Source: Trichinella spiralis (taxonomy: Eukaryota). From it: a stretch of 64,000 nt of DNA. This document shows, piece by piece, positions 40,307-52,587 of this stretch. Location: assembly GCF_000181795.1 (NCBI RefSeq), contig NW_003526945.1:1364796-1428795 (forward strand), written 5' to 3'. Under the pieces are notes generated by a model. The model was not told the origin of the DNA. It worked only from the letters and a program-made list of their open reading frames with translations, and did not search any database. Positions within the stretch are counted from its first letter, which is position 1. Each line of letters opens with the position of its first letter. Made by a program: the position numbers and the translations under genes.

Positions 40307-40772
40307 ATAACTTTAGAAAAACAAACAATCAAACAACGTAATAATTACCGGATTCTCGCAATAAAATGCAATGTTGCGCATCTCTTGACATGCGAAGAAA
40401 CGTCTCACTCGACTCTCTACGGCCCTGCGTGCTAAGCATAGATAGCAAAGAAAAAACAATTTCCATCTAAAATGTTCAGTTAATGTGATATATTATTTGT
40501 ATTAAAAATGTTGACTATTTTTTCACTTTATTGTTAGCAGGAACGTCGACAGATCCCACGATACTCTCTTGACGGTCATCAGCATTAGCAGATAGAATTT
40601 TCGGTCCACTTGGTGAAGCTTAAAATAAAAAAGCAAAAGTTGCAGATTTCTATTACATTAGAACAAAAATGACAAGCACAGCAACTCCTCTTGACTTACA
40701 AGATTCGATATCAGATTGTGGTGCCAATTTGGATGCTTCAGAATTGTTGGAACAAACCGGGCTTTCTGTCAT
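36157..40772 (-). CDS. APC: Adenomatous polyposis coli (APC) homolog, ~1022 aa, 5 coding exons (40700-40772, 40527-40618, 40349-40466, 38594-39141, 36157-38394)
   Basis: MEIVFSLLSMLST..LRESGCLALIIRLLH and ARM repeats (KYIGMTLTNLTFG, FASVLRNLSWKA, TLKSILSALWNLTSHC, IVENCGGILRNIS, SLTVISNACGALWNLS). Also 20-aa-repeat-like motifs, the CID-like SPSDIPDSPGQ and three SAMP-like motifs. Exon phases are consistent. Confidence 0.95.
40254..40303. repeat. (TA)n microsatellite in APC intron 3
   Basis: Perfect TA run. Confidence 0.95.
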
Positions 40773-42150
40773 TCTGCTTCAATATTCAACAACTTTCATA
40801 CAGTTCAGAAATGCTAATATGCTAACAAACAAAAAACAAACAATATAATTCTAGTTCATTCAACAAAACTTATTTACAAATTAAATTATTATTAAAACGC
40901 AGTAATAATTATACAGAGACAGAGATTTGTAAAAGAATGGCTATAATTTTCATAATTATAGAAAACACATTAACAACGTTTTGTTAAATATATCTTCGTT
41001 GCGCTACTGGGCATGCGATTGTACTTTGGAAAATTTCTAATTTCAATTCATCAATACAAAATATTGTTTTGTTTGTCTTTTTTTTGAAAATGTTTCTTAA
41101 CAAATAATTTATTCCATCATGTCAATTGTAAAGCACAACACTGGTACATTAGAAAACATTAATTAATAATATTCGTGGAATGCAAGTGAAATTGTTCCAT
41201 AATTCAACAGTCCCATTTTCGCCACGTGTAAAACGCATTTTAGCCTAATTCTGCAGAATAAATTAACCAATGAAACAGAAAACCGGTAATATAAAGCTGC
41301 ACAGCAGCAAACACTTGCTACATTCATGAATTTACAAGCTTCTTCTCAACAAATTACTTGTAGTAAAAACAATCAAATAACAGAACATATATAATATATA
41401 AATAAGAAAGCTGTCCATTTATCCGTTTTTTGATTAAAATTAAAATAAAATAAAATTTAATTTTACTGATTTTTAATAAATTGAAAAATATGTGATAATA
41501 ATGAAAAACTATGAATACCTGTGACTTTCAATTATATGAGAAAACACAAAGACTGCAAGTGTGATAAAGACAGAATTCAATTTTCAATCATTAATTGTAA
41601 TATTTCATAATAAAACCGTAAAGAAAAAGTGCTTTTAATTCAACAACAAAAAGACTGATTGCATGCAATCGAATTATATACTATGAATTTATTGCTGTTG
41701 TTGAAAGTCAGATGAATATGCAGATAAATATAAATAAATAAATGCTGATGTAAATTAAAAAATAAATTTTTATACTATGTAATAACTTATGATTATGATT
41801 ATTATCATTATTATTGCAGATGATCGCTTTGGGCTTATGATAAAGTAAGAAGCGGGTCAGCAGCATGGAGATGATAATAACATATTGACCGAGTAACTGA
41901 GAAGAGTGGTGTGCGGTATAGCAGCAAGGTCGCGGGACTGCTTGAACAGTGTGTTGAAGGGAAGAAAAAGCGCGCCCGGTTGCGTCAAGTTCAAGTACAC
42001 GATCGCGCCAGGCGCCGATCACGTCAGTATAGCCTGCACCATCACAGCTGCACATTAAATGACCCAGTTCAATAGCCTTTCACAGTTCTCGTTGGCTTAT
42101 ATTTAAAATAGTAAACCAAGAACAAGAGAAAAGTTCCGTATTTTTAGACT

Positions 42151-43392
42151 ATGGCCGATGGTACACCAGCCAGAACCATCAGCGTCATCGTTAGTCCGAC
42201 AAAGCCAAAACAGCCGGCGGATGGAGGAGAACTGCTGCTGTTACGTCTGGGTGCTATACCTGGTCAAAATCGTATGTCTTATCCAAGAGAATTCAAACTG
42301 ACCGCGATAAAATATTTTTACGAAAATGGTCGCAACAAATACAGAACATGCAAGCAATTCCAAATTACCAAATCTATGCTCAATGGTTGGCTGCAAAAAA
42401 TTGACAAAATTCAACAAAGTCGACCAGGCTCATTGAAATCCGGAAGAAGTGGTCGAAAGCCACAATTTCCAAACGTCGAAAAGGAACTGTTCCACGTCTA
42501 CCAGTCGCACCTCGACTGCGGCAAGAAGGTCGGCAATCGTTGGCTACGTGAAACTGCCAAGCTAATCGCGCAACGTACTTGCCATCCAAGTGAGCTAAAT
42601 GGAATGTGCCAGTTTTCTGAACGTTGGCTTTGCAATTTCAAAAAACGTTATAATATCAATTTATCCAAAGACTGGAGTCAAGCGGAATCGTCCATGTCAA
42701 AAAGTCTGATTAGCACGACAGATGCGGTTAAGCAGAGCTTTTCACCTGCCACAGATGCTGATCCTCAACAAACCAATTTGTCAATGAACAACAAAGAAGA
42801 AGTCGAATTTCCACAGCTTGCCGATTCGATCGATCATCCCAGCTTAGTGGCTGCCGATCCAGGTAAGCGTGGACGTAAGGTGCAATTTCCACAAGTGGAA
42901 AAGGTATTAAATCAAATGCTATGCGAAAGACAACTGGATGGAATGAAGGTGACCAATCGATGGCTACAAGACGAAGCAAAACGACTAGCTATACAACTCT
43001 GTCCACAGACATTCCACGATGCCTACAAGTCGGCCCGGTGCATGTTTTCTGAACATTGGCTGCACAATTTCAAAAAACGTTACGGCATCACCCTCAAGCA
43101 CAATGTAAAACAGATCGCCAATGCCGTCGAGCCAAACTCATCTCAGCTTCCAACAGTCGATTGGAATGATTCGGAAGTAAAAATTGACGATTTGCCGACA
43201 ATGGTGCCGTTACAGAATCTCAACAAACACTTGTTCTCAGTCAAAGTGGCCGAATGGTATACTCAAATGCAAGCAAATGGAATATACGACTGGTGCCATA
43301 ATCAACAACAACAACATCACTTTGCAAACATCACAACAATGCCGACAATCAGCAATGAAAACCTCAGTTCTATTGTTCCACAAAGTTTATAA
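42151..43392 (+). CDS. pogo/Tigger/CENP-B-type DNA-binding protein (Brinker/psq-like HTH + two CENPB-type HTH domains, no DDE domain), 413 aa, single coding exon
   Basis: RMSYPREFKLTAIKYF..TCKQFQITKSMLNGW, then two repeats of GRKxQFPxVEK..G.KV.NRWL...AK..A..C.FSE.WL.NFKKRY.I. Acceptor ttttag lies 3 nt before the ATG. Confidence 0.88.
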   Translation: MADGTPARTISVIVSPTKPKQPADGGELLLLRLGAIPGQNRMSYPREFKLTAIKYFYENGRNKYRTCKQFQITKSMLNGWLQKIDKIQQSRPGSLKSGRSGRKPQFPNVEKELFHVYQSHLDCGKKVGNRWLRETAKLIAQRTCHPSELNGMCQFSERWLCNFKKRYNINLSKDWSQAESSMSKSLISTTDAVKQSFSPATDADPQQTNLSMNNKEEVEFPQLADSIDHPSLVAADPGKRGRKVQFPQVEKVLNQMLCERQLDGMKVTNRWLQDEAKRLAIQLCPQTFHDAYKSARCMFSEHWLHNFKKRYGITLKHNVKQIANAVEPNSSQLPTVDWNDSEVKIDDLPTMVPLQNLNKHLFSVKVAEWYTQMQANGIYDWCHNQQQQHHFANITTMPTISNENLSSIVPQSL

Positions 43393-44464
43393 TCGAATTG
43401 CTTTACTTCTCGACTTCTTTGCATTCCAGTTCTTATTCTTGCAAACTGTTTCCACTTTTCCCTCTTACAAATTGGATTACTGTCGCGATGGAAGTTTACG
43501 TTGCCAAGCATGCATTCTAAAACTGCAGAAGCCACAAGGACCAAATTCTTGAATCAGGTACGGCTAACATGGAACTCATAAAGTCGCTCAGTAATTAACT
43601 GTACTTTGAAGCATAGTTTATGTCGTAGGCAATTTCACATTTACCTTATTTCAAAATACCCAACTTTTCCCAATAATATTATACAACTAAAACCGGTAAC
43701 AAAAGTCGCTGTGGTCATTTCAATAAAACATTACACAAAATCGATGAAAATGCATAGCAACAGTGCTCAAGCATACATTAGAAATAAATGGCATTAAAAT
43801 TTCCTTAGTCCTACATTTTATACTAAGATGATTCGCAACAAAGCACATATTCTTCGATTCTGAGCACGCAAATGTTTGTTATTCTAGTTCCATTAAACTT
43901 GAAGAATAAAAATATCAAAATTCACAAAAAACAACCAAAAATAGAGATAAGGATAAATTAGGCAGCAGAATGTGCGCACTTTTCCCGGAAACTCATTTAT
44001 GAACAATTTAAATTCAACCTTGCCTAAACGTATTCACATCGTGCCTGTCAAGCAAGAATTGGCCTACCATATGTATCGCATGAGCATCATTCTTAAAGAT
44101 AAACTGTTTCAAAAACTTCAATAAATAAAAATAAAAGAATATTATACATCATCACCATGCTTTAATTATAACATCAGAAAAATATTTAAAAAATCAATAA
44201 CTTGAATATTATTAAGCTACAGTATGTACAATACTTTAATACAGTATCATACTCAACCTTCATAATTGGTAACTGTTAAATTCTGCTCCACGCCATAGTG
44301 ATTACGCAAAAGTTAAAAAAAATAAATATTATAAACAGTAACTAACTGAAGACAAATGTCCAAATTTGACAAGACAATGCACAACAGAGAAACCTGCACA
44401 GCCAACATTAAGCAGTAAAAAGGAAACATAAAGAAACATAAACAGGAAAACACTACATAAACTC

Positions 44465-44501
<37 letters not shown>

Positions 44502-45909
44502 GAACAATAACCATTCGCCAAACTGCTTTAAGAAGTTCACAATGATATATAAAACTTAACAGCCACTACGGAAAAAATTGCATCTTAAAATAGACTAACT
44601 CAAATTACCAAAACAATACTTTTTAATTATAACCTCCGATACAATAGGCAAAACATTTTCACAAAATTATTTTTTATACTTTTAATGACGTAATGATTAT
44701 ACGAATCTGCCATTTCTACACAGGTAAACTGTTCAAGTTCACTTAGAAAACTATATATCAATGTCCAATCTTCTAAACTGCCAGAATGTCAACTATTCTC
44801 TTTTATGACAAACGCAATTAAAAAGTCATTGCTAAATGGCGATTAAGAAATATCAGTCAACGCAGAAAGAAGCAGAAATTAGAGAACGTTTACTGATATG
44901 GAAAAAATGTCTGAAAAGATAAACAACAGGTGAATTTGTTTCTTAATTACTGCATAAAATATATTCAATAAATATTACTGTCAGTTAAAAGTTTTCACCA
45001 AGAAAATATCCAAATCAAGAACTAAGAGCATTACCTTCAACATAATGTAAAATTAACGGATCAAAAGTAAATTAAAATTCTACTTTGCACAAGCAAAACT
45101 GTAGAAACAAACAAACTGCCATTTCTTCATCACAATCGCAAGAAATAAAAATAAGAAAGTTTCATTAACGCACTGTCAAAAAGCAAATGTACATATTTTA
45201 TGATTTTAAAATCAACTGGAAACTGTTTAATAATCAAACAACATATACGGAATTAAACTAATAAAAAGGTAGTATAATAGCATGAACCACAAATGCAAAA
45301 TTCTTCCTTTTCTATCATATTTCACAGTATACCAAAATGGAAAAGTGTCAGATCAAATGAAAAATATCACCTCCTAATTGTTAAAAACAATTGCATCATA
45401 ATATAATGACGCAAAGAAATACAGTAAAATTAGCTCTCAAAATATAAACAAAGTATCTTAGCATCAAAATTTCAAGTTAAAATTAAAGCATAAAACATTA
45501 TTTGAAACGTTATTAATGAAATGCACACAACACTAAGAAGGTCAATTTTGGACAAATTTTCAAAATAAAATCACAAATTTACCTTTAAGTAGATGCAACA
45601 CATTCTGATCCATAACAAAAACAATTTTCAAATAAAACATCTGATAAAAAAGTCATTAAATAAACCTGCGCATCAAGTGAATGAAATAAATCATGTTCGA
45701 CACAAAAATTACAGTAGTTCAAAAACAATGCAAGCAAGTTCAAATTTTTGAAATGTGTTAGAATTACAACTTTTTGTATTTATCAATAAAAACTTCACAA
45801 AGTGTACGCTAATATCGTTCATCTGTACTACATCAATTAATTTTTTGTATTTATTGCTGCTAATTTGAATATTCTACGATCGCTAGTTATTAATGACGGT
45901 TAGACGAAA

Positions 45910-45985
45910 GCTCACCGCTGAATGAATTCACATGCTTAATGAACAATCTGATTGGTCAATTCCGATTTATAGTTCCGCCCTGAAA
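45910..45985 (-). promoter_or_regulatory. Putative APC promoter and short non-coding first exon
   Basis: Minus-strand donor CAGCG|gtgagc (45910-45915) next to CCAAT (attgg ~45951) and GC-box (ccgccc ~45975) motifs in a GC-richer island. The APC ATG at 40772 is preceded by an unpaired acceptor (gcag|A ATG). Confidence 0.3.
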
Positions 45986-46362
45986 TCTGTGTAGCCCTTC
46001 TTCGTTGTTTGCGCTGCGGTGATTAGAATTCTACTCAGTGCAGTGCAAAAAGTTGATGTGGACATTGGAAAAGTAAGGCACTCAGGACGTCAGGGAAGCT
46101 ACCATTGCTACGCTAAAACTCAACCCTGAATTACTTTTATTTGTATTAACTACTTACTCTATTTTCGGCAATGCTAAGTCAATGTGAATAATGGACAAAT
46201 AAAGCGCTAGTAGACACAACAACAGAACAAGAATAAATATGTCTCATGAGTTACGTAGAAGATCGATGATTGTGTATTGATGTAAAAAGTGGAAAACGTC
46301 GAACATGGAATTAATTAGTTTACTGCAAAATTGGCAAGTCGTTTTTTGGGTTTCAGTTTCTG

Positions 46363-49300
46363 TCAGTCATGGTTATCAAAAATATCTTCTCCTTCACTAT
46401 GTGCTCTTTTTCTTCCACAAGAAAGTGTAGCATTTACCGTTGTCGTAGAAAGAGCTTTACTGCTATAACCTAAATATTGAATGCACAGAATAAAAATACA
46501 TCCACTGCAAGCAAACGTATGCAAGAAACTCTAGTATATACATATTGAAGCAGAATAATAACATTTTTTCAAAATATAATTACAAATCAAATTACAAGAC
46601 ACATTTAAAATTAAAGAGTAGTAACTGTAATTTACAATATTTTCACTTGTGTAAGTACAAAGACTTCAACAAATGTGTAAAATGATAGTATATGTACAAA
46701 AAATAAGCATATAAAACTTCAAAAAAAAGAAGAAATGGGTTGTATGCATACCTTTCACTAAGCATACTTCAGCGTGAATCCCAGACTTTATAAAATGAGA
46801 TAACCAAGCTTTCTGCTTCCATGACAGACGATCACCTGGTCCTTTGACTTCCGCCACCTACATAATGAATTACTAAAAATAAAATTCTTATTAATAAAAA
46901 AATACCTTAATATCTCGTGACTGCACATTCCAAACTACTAAATCCGGAAAACCACTTGAATGACGCTTAAAATTACTTGCCAGACGTCCAAACAATTTAA
47001 CCAACATGTGACCATCCATACAAGAAAGCATTTCCTAAAACCAGGAAAAGAACACTTTCATCAACAAATACAATGCATAAAATACAAAGTCGCCGCAAGC
47101 AATTCTTTTATATTCCTTCTACTAATACTGAGGCAAGATACAAACTACAAAAGTCATACTATCTTAAGAAAAATATTTTCATGATGGCAAACGCAAAAAT
47201 AACACGATTCATTTACATAAACCAGTAAAGTTATAAAATTAAAATACCTCAAACATTTCAGATGATTCAAAAGCATCCCATTTCACTATGCTGTTTATCC
47301 CTTCATGCTCACGCCATGAGGCACGAAGCATTGACTGAATGTCCTGCAAGTACAATTCAACAAGACTTTAAATTTCGATGCAATAAAAACACTACTTGTA
47401 CAGATAAGCATTGTAAAGCTTCAAATTTTTTTTCAAAAGTTTTCTGTCGGTTGATCCAGAACATTTCGCCAGCATATAAATCTAACGGATAAGTCTGATA
47501 TCTTGAAATCCAAACATCTTCAACAGTGCTGTCATATATTTCATTCCAGCATAATAAACCAAATAATGACAACCAAATAGAACCTTCAGAATGCAATCCT
47601 AAATTTTCATACATAATATCGCATATATAAACATTTGAAATATATAAATATAAAAGAATTAGACAAAATCGTCTCGTCAAATAAAGAAAAAAGAAAATTC
47701 ACCTTTAGAAAAATTTTCTTTTTGATAGTAATAATTTAAAGCAACTGCCTCCACGCCAGGGCAACTAAACTGATGCTCTTGAGGAACAACAAACACCGTT
47801 TTCACTGACGTACCCATCGATTTTGATAAAAGTGGCGCAGATATGACTTTTTCCGGAATTTCAACATCAATCTCAATAGTTTCATCCAAAGCTGCTTGAA
47901 TATTAGTAGATAACTGCTCTTCACAGTCTTCATCTACTAGATTCATTTGCAAAACACGGTCATAAATACGCTGACGGAAATAGTAATCAAAAGTATCATC
48001 TTGAATCACGTCCAGAGCTAGTTCATACGCCTAAAAATTGACTTTGAAAAACTTTAAACCGATTTCGTATTTCATACAAACCATAACTGAATATATATAT
48101 ATATATATGCGTGTGTGTAAAAGATAAAAATTTAAATATGATTACTTTTTTCGGCATCTTAAGATGACGTCCATAATTCAATATTGCTCGTTCATACCAA
48201 AATGAACGACGGTGAGCAGGAACCAACTGACAGTTTATGCTGATCAGATACTCAAATTCTGCATTTGCTTTATCGTACATTTTCAGTTTTTCAAATGCTT
48301 GAGCCAGCACTGTAGAAGCTCGAAGAAGAGAAACAACTGTTGTAAAATTCTGATAATGAACCAGTCGAACACTACATGGTCTAAACAAAACAAAAAAATT
48401 ACAAGCATACTTTATTTCACTTCAATTTCAAATATATGCTTTAAAATGAATATAATAATTAGATAATTAAATATAAAAATTAATTTTAAATTTACAGTAG
48501 TATAAAAAAGCAACAATTCATCCTGCATTCCATAACATACACAACTGCTACTGTAGGCACTTGAAAATGTAATCAAATCTAATTTTAATAAACTGAAATA
48601 ATCAATTAATGGAAAAAGGAATATTTGAGGTTTACTTTTCTGATAAAAGTCGCAATTCTTCATCAAGTAAATGTCTGATGCGAGAGCCAACATGCAAACA
48701 AACCGTATACTTTTTCGAGTTCCAACAATTCCACATTTCATTTTCCAGCTCACAAACAGAAACATACCTAATTACAGTAAAATTTGATTGTTTCTTTATA
48801 ATTTAATCGCTGCAATATTTCACTTCATTAATTCACCATCTGAAGAAAATAATTTTTCTTTCCTTATTCCAGGTTTAGAGAGCGGTGTTTTCTGCAAATT
48901 CAAGGATACTAATCGCATAGTATATCTAAAATTGGATAAAATTGAATCGCTTCATGTAACGTATAAATAATTTAGGTAGAATAAAGTAAATCACATAAGA
49001 TTAGCTGTTAAAACATGGCTTCGAGGATAAGTTGCAGTGTTTGGCGACATCTCAGCTGGAGAGAAAAGGTGAAAAGCAGAAAGAAAAGCAAGTTGCACAT
49101 CATCAGAAAGCTTAACGCAGTCTCCCAATTCCGCAAGTGCTCTGTAAAAAAAATATTCAAGAAATAAACATGATAAAAAATAATTACTTTTTCTTCAAAA
49201 TATCTTTCAAATTTCCAATTAATGTAGTTTGCGACAATGAAAAACGAATCAACTGACGAATCAGCTGCTCCTTGGTAGAAAGCGGCTTCTGCTTCAAAGA

Positions 49301-50075
49301 TTTTACAATTTTAATCAGTGAACCGCTTTGAAGAAGTGACAACATTTCTTCCAAAGTCAAATCAGTACTTTGCACTTAAAATGAACTATTATTATTATTA
49401 TTTTCTATTATATAAAAAAGAAAATCAGTCTGAACTTTAAACTACAATAATAAGATGAATATTATCGTACTGTACATCAGTACTGAACGTTTGAAAATGG
49501 CCCTTTGAATTTTCAGCATGCAAATGAAGTGATACAAAATAAATTTCCCCTCAAATTTCATTATTGTGAATAAACGAATCATCTAATAAGTTTAAAAATA
49601 GCCTTTCAATTAAAGCAGTTCAAATCACTTACACTTGATGAAGAATTTTTTCGATATAATTTCATCTACAACATCTTTGGTCGCAATTTCCTTGTAGGAT
49701 CGCTGCAAACTGCTTACCGCAATCCAACGCGTCTGACGAAAAAACAAAAGACAGTAAAGTTCTTTGGACCAGTCTAAAATTTCAAAAAGTGTTCAAAAAA
49801 ATAATAATTTCAAATAAGGAAAATTAAACTTCAAAATAAAATTCACCTGACAATGTTGAGTATGTTTGGAAAATTTTAAAGTGATTCTCATTCAATATGC
49901 TACTGTTTATTTCTTCTGATTGGACCGCTGCCATTATTTCTTCAAATAATTGTCGTTTGTAAGATCCCGCATTCGAGAATCCTTCTTCATTTTCACACGA
50001 GTCGAAGTCCAATAATTCTTCACCAAAATTAGAACATTTCGAAATTTCTGCATCTGAACATTCAAATCTGTTCAT
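46363..50075 (-). CDS. FAN1: Fanconi-associated nuclease 1 (SAP-TPR-VRR_NUC); start approximate, may extend to ~50200
   Basis: VRR-NUC PD-(D/E)xK motif RHSSGFPDLVVWN..|VAEVKGPGDRLSWKQKAWL. Also VEAVALNYY, GLHSEGSIWLSLFGLLCWNEIY..YQTYPLDLY, RRSFWYERAILN, and SAP-like LIKIVKSLKQKPLSTKEQLIRQL. Last exon ends ..DIFDNHD* at 46363. Confidence 0.93.
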
Positions 50076-52587
50076 TTACACCGTTCTTAAATTGAAATGA
50101 CTTTACCACTCGAAATAGCTAAATCACATGTTGACGTTGAAGCAATTTGCAATTCTTCCTCCATTTCTAGCAATTCATGCACACACTTAATTTTTTGCCT
50201 AAAGTCAAAAAAATAAAACAATCACATTGAAGTAAAAATGATCATAGGCGTTGAACTGCAGTCTAATATTACTTTAGGAAAAAACACAGTGAAACATATT
50301 ACATTCTGTTTAAATTTGAACTTCATTCAATATGTAAATTTACAATTCCACTTTCGATAAAACAAGTTTTATTTATCACTTTTCATAATAATAATACTAA
50401 CTGAATGTTAATGAGGGTAGATTTACGGCTACATTCATTTACATGCTGGGAGAATATAATCAATCATTCGTGAAACATAAATGACGTTTCACATTTTCAG
50501 TTTTAAATTCTAAAAATTCAAAAAAAAACAACACTTGACCAATATCAAAAACTGTATTGTGAGAAAAGTTATAAGCAGTACTGTACAGTAAAATACTGAT
50601 GCTCACGTAATATTAGCATAAAGAGACGAAACATTTTTATTATAATTGAAATAGAAAGCAGTTTTAAAATTACTATTTGCATTTCTTAGAGTAAACTAAT
50701 CAGCTGATTTTTCGAATGCTGTACGCATTTAAAATTTATTCTATATTTCATGGTACAGAACTGAACCACTATGAAAATTCCATTAAGAAACAGTGTTTTA
50801 CATAGTTTCTTTATAATTTATTATTGTTTTTATTTTGTAATATTGATTTTATAATAGAGTATAGGTTTTTTTACATTAATAAAAAAGAGAATACTTATTA
50901 TCTTAAAATGCAAGTTTTTGCTCTAATTTTTAAAATTCCTATGCACGTAGAAAATTATTTTTAAAAATATAAATGAAATTCAATCAGACGATCTAAAAAT
51001 CAAGAGAAAACAATCCTCACGTAAAGAAACAGTGTTTTTATATGGACACATACACACACACACACACACCAACTACGGCATAATAGAGTTTTGTTCCATG
51101 TTTCGGGTTTGAAAGTTCTAAATTTAATTACAAAATGCCACATATGAAAAGCTTTCATGTGGCAGACAAATTTGTTGCTATTCTAGGCAAGATGCAATTC
51201 ACTTCATCACAATTTGCATTGTTTTATGTTTGCAAAAATTAAAAACATCCCTTGACGCAGAAATGTTTTCCAACCATTTGACTCGAAATAATTGAAAGCA
51301 ACACTTGTCGCATCAGACATAGAAATAAAACTACTGCTCACTAAAAAAAAAGTTAAAATGTTCAGTTGTTGTTAAATATATTCATAAGTGTCACTTTTTC
51401 GTCAGCTTTTTCTTGGTCGTTAGCTATTTAATTGTTGGACGACCAACTTTAATAAACATCATATAGATGAATGAATGTGAATTGCATTTCGAGTTGCGGT
51501 GCTGGCAAAATTGTTATTTACCTGAAAGAATTCAAATGAAAATATGAAATACACTGAGTGAAGAAATGTTTTTTGAGTTCTAAGTTTGCTTGGAGCGAAC
51601 ATTTATAATAAAACCGTCCAAAGTATATCGTTTCCATAATGTTTGCTTAGTTTTCACTAGAAATGCATTCAACATGTTGAAATATTAATATGTACATACG
51701 TGTATGCATACATACCGTTGGTATTTTTGTAGATTTGTAATTTTAAATGAAAAATTCAACCCATTTCTTTTTCAATTCTGGTCTATCAGTAGAACAAAAG
51801 AATAGTAATAAAAATTATGTATCAAAGAAGTAAAAATGACCAGATGCACATTGAAACGCGTTTGCAAAACATGTGGCATGGTTGAGGTTGTTCATTATTT
51901 TTATTGGCCAACACAGATGAAGCTCTGTTTGCTGAAGACTGGTCCATAGCAATAAACATTTGCGCAGAACTCCATCTATCTTTTTACCGAGTCCAAACGC
52001 ATAACATCCAGCGAGTAATAATGTATAAATGGGTACTTCAGTTTGGAATGCACATTTCTTTTTTTTCAAAATGCACCAAATGACAACAGCAGCATTCTAT
52101 TTAACTTTTCACTGAAACTTCTAATTATGCAAAATTGCAAAACATTTAAAATAAGTTGAGATAAATTTCAAATACACAAAAATATTACTGCATACGAATT
52201 ATTCAATAGCGAAAACATCTAAAATAGCAAAACTGTCTGCTTAGCATATAAGAATTATGCAAAAAAAATTTCACAATTCCACAATTTCACTTTTCAAAAG
52301 CTAAAAAGTTAAAAATAAAAAAGAAAAGATGAAAGTAAAATTGATATGCAAGCTTTGCAATTACCAATAAAGGAGGCTAGGTAAAATAGGTGTAATAAGG
52401 TGATGGAAAGCCAAAAAAGGAAAATAATAATATTAATAATAATAAATAATACGCAACAGAGCAGACTTGGATGAAAAAATAATATGCAAATAGACAAATG
52501 TGCTTGATTGAAATAATAAATATAATCTGCATTATTAATATTATCAGTGTTACTGGTAATGTTGAACTTTGCTTCTGCCGAACCGGA

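Noticed and set aside
42151..43392. Active pogo/Tc5 DNA transposon
   Set aside because: No DDE domain, TIRs or target-site duplication visible.
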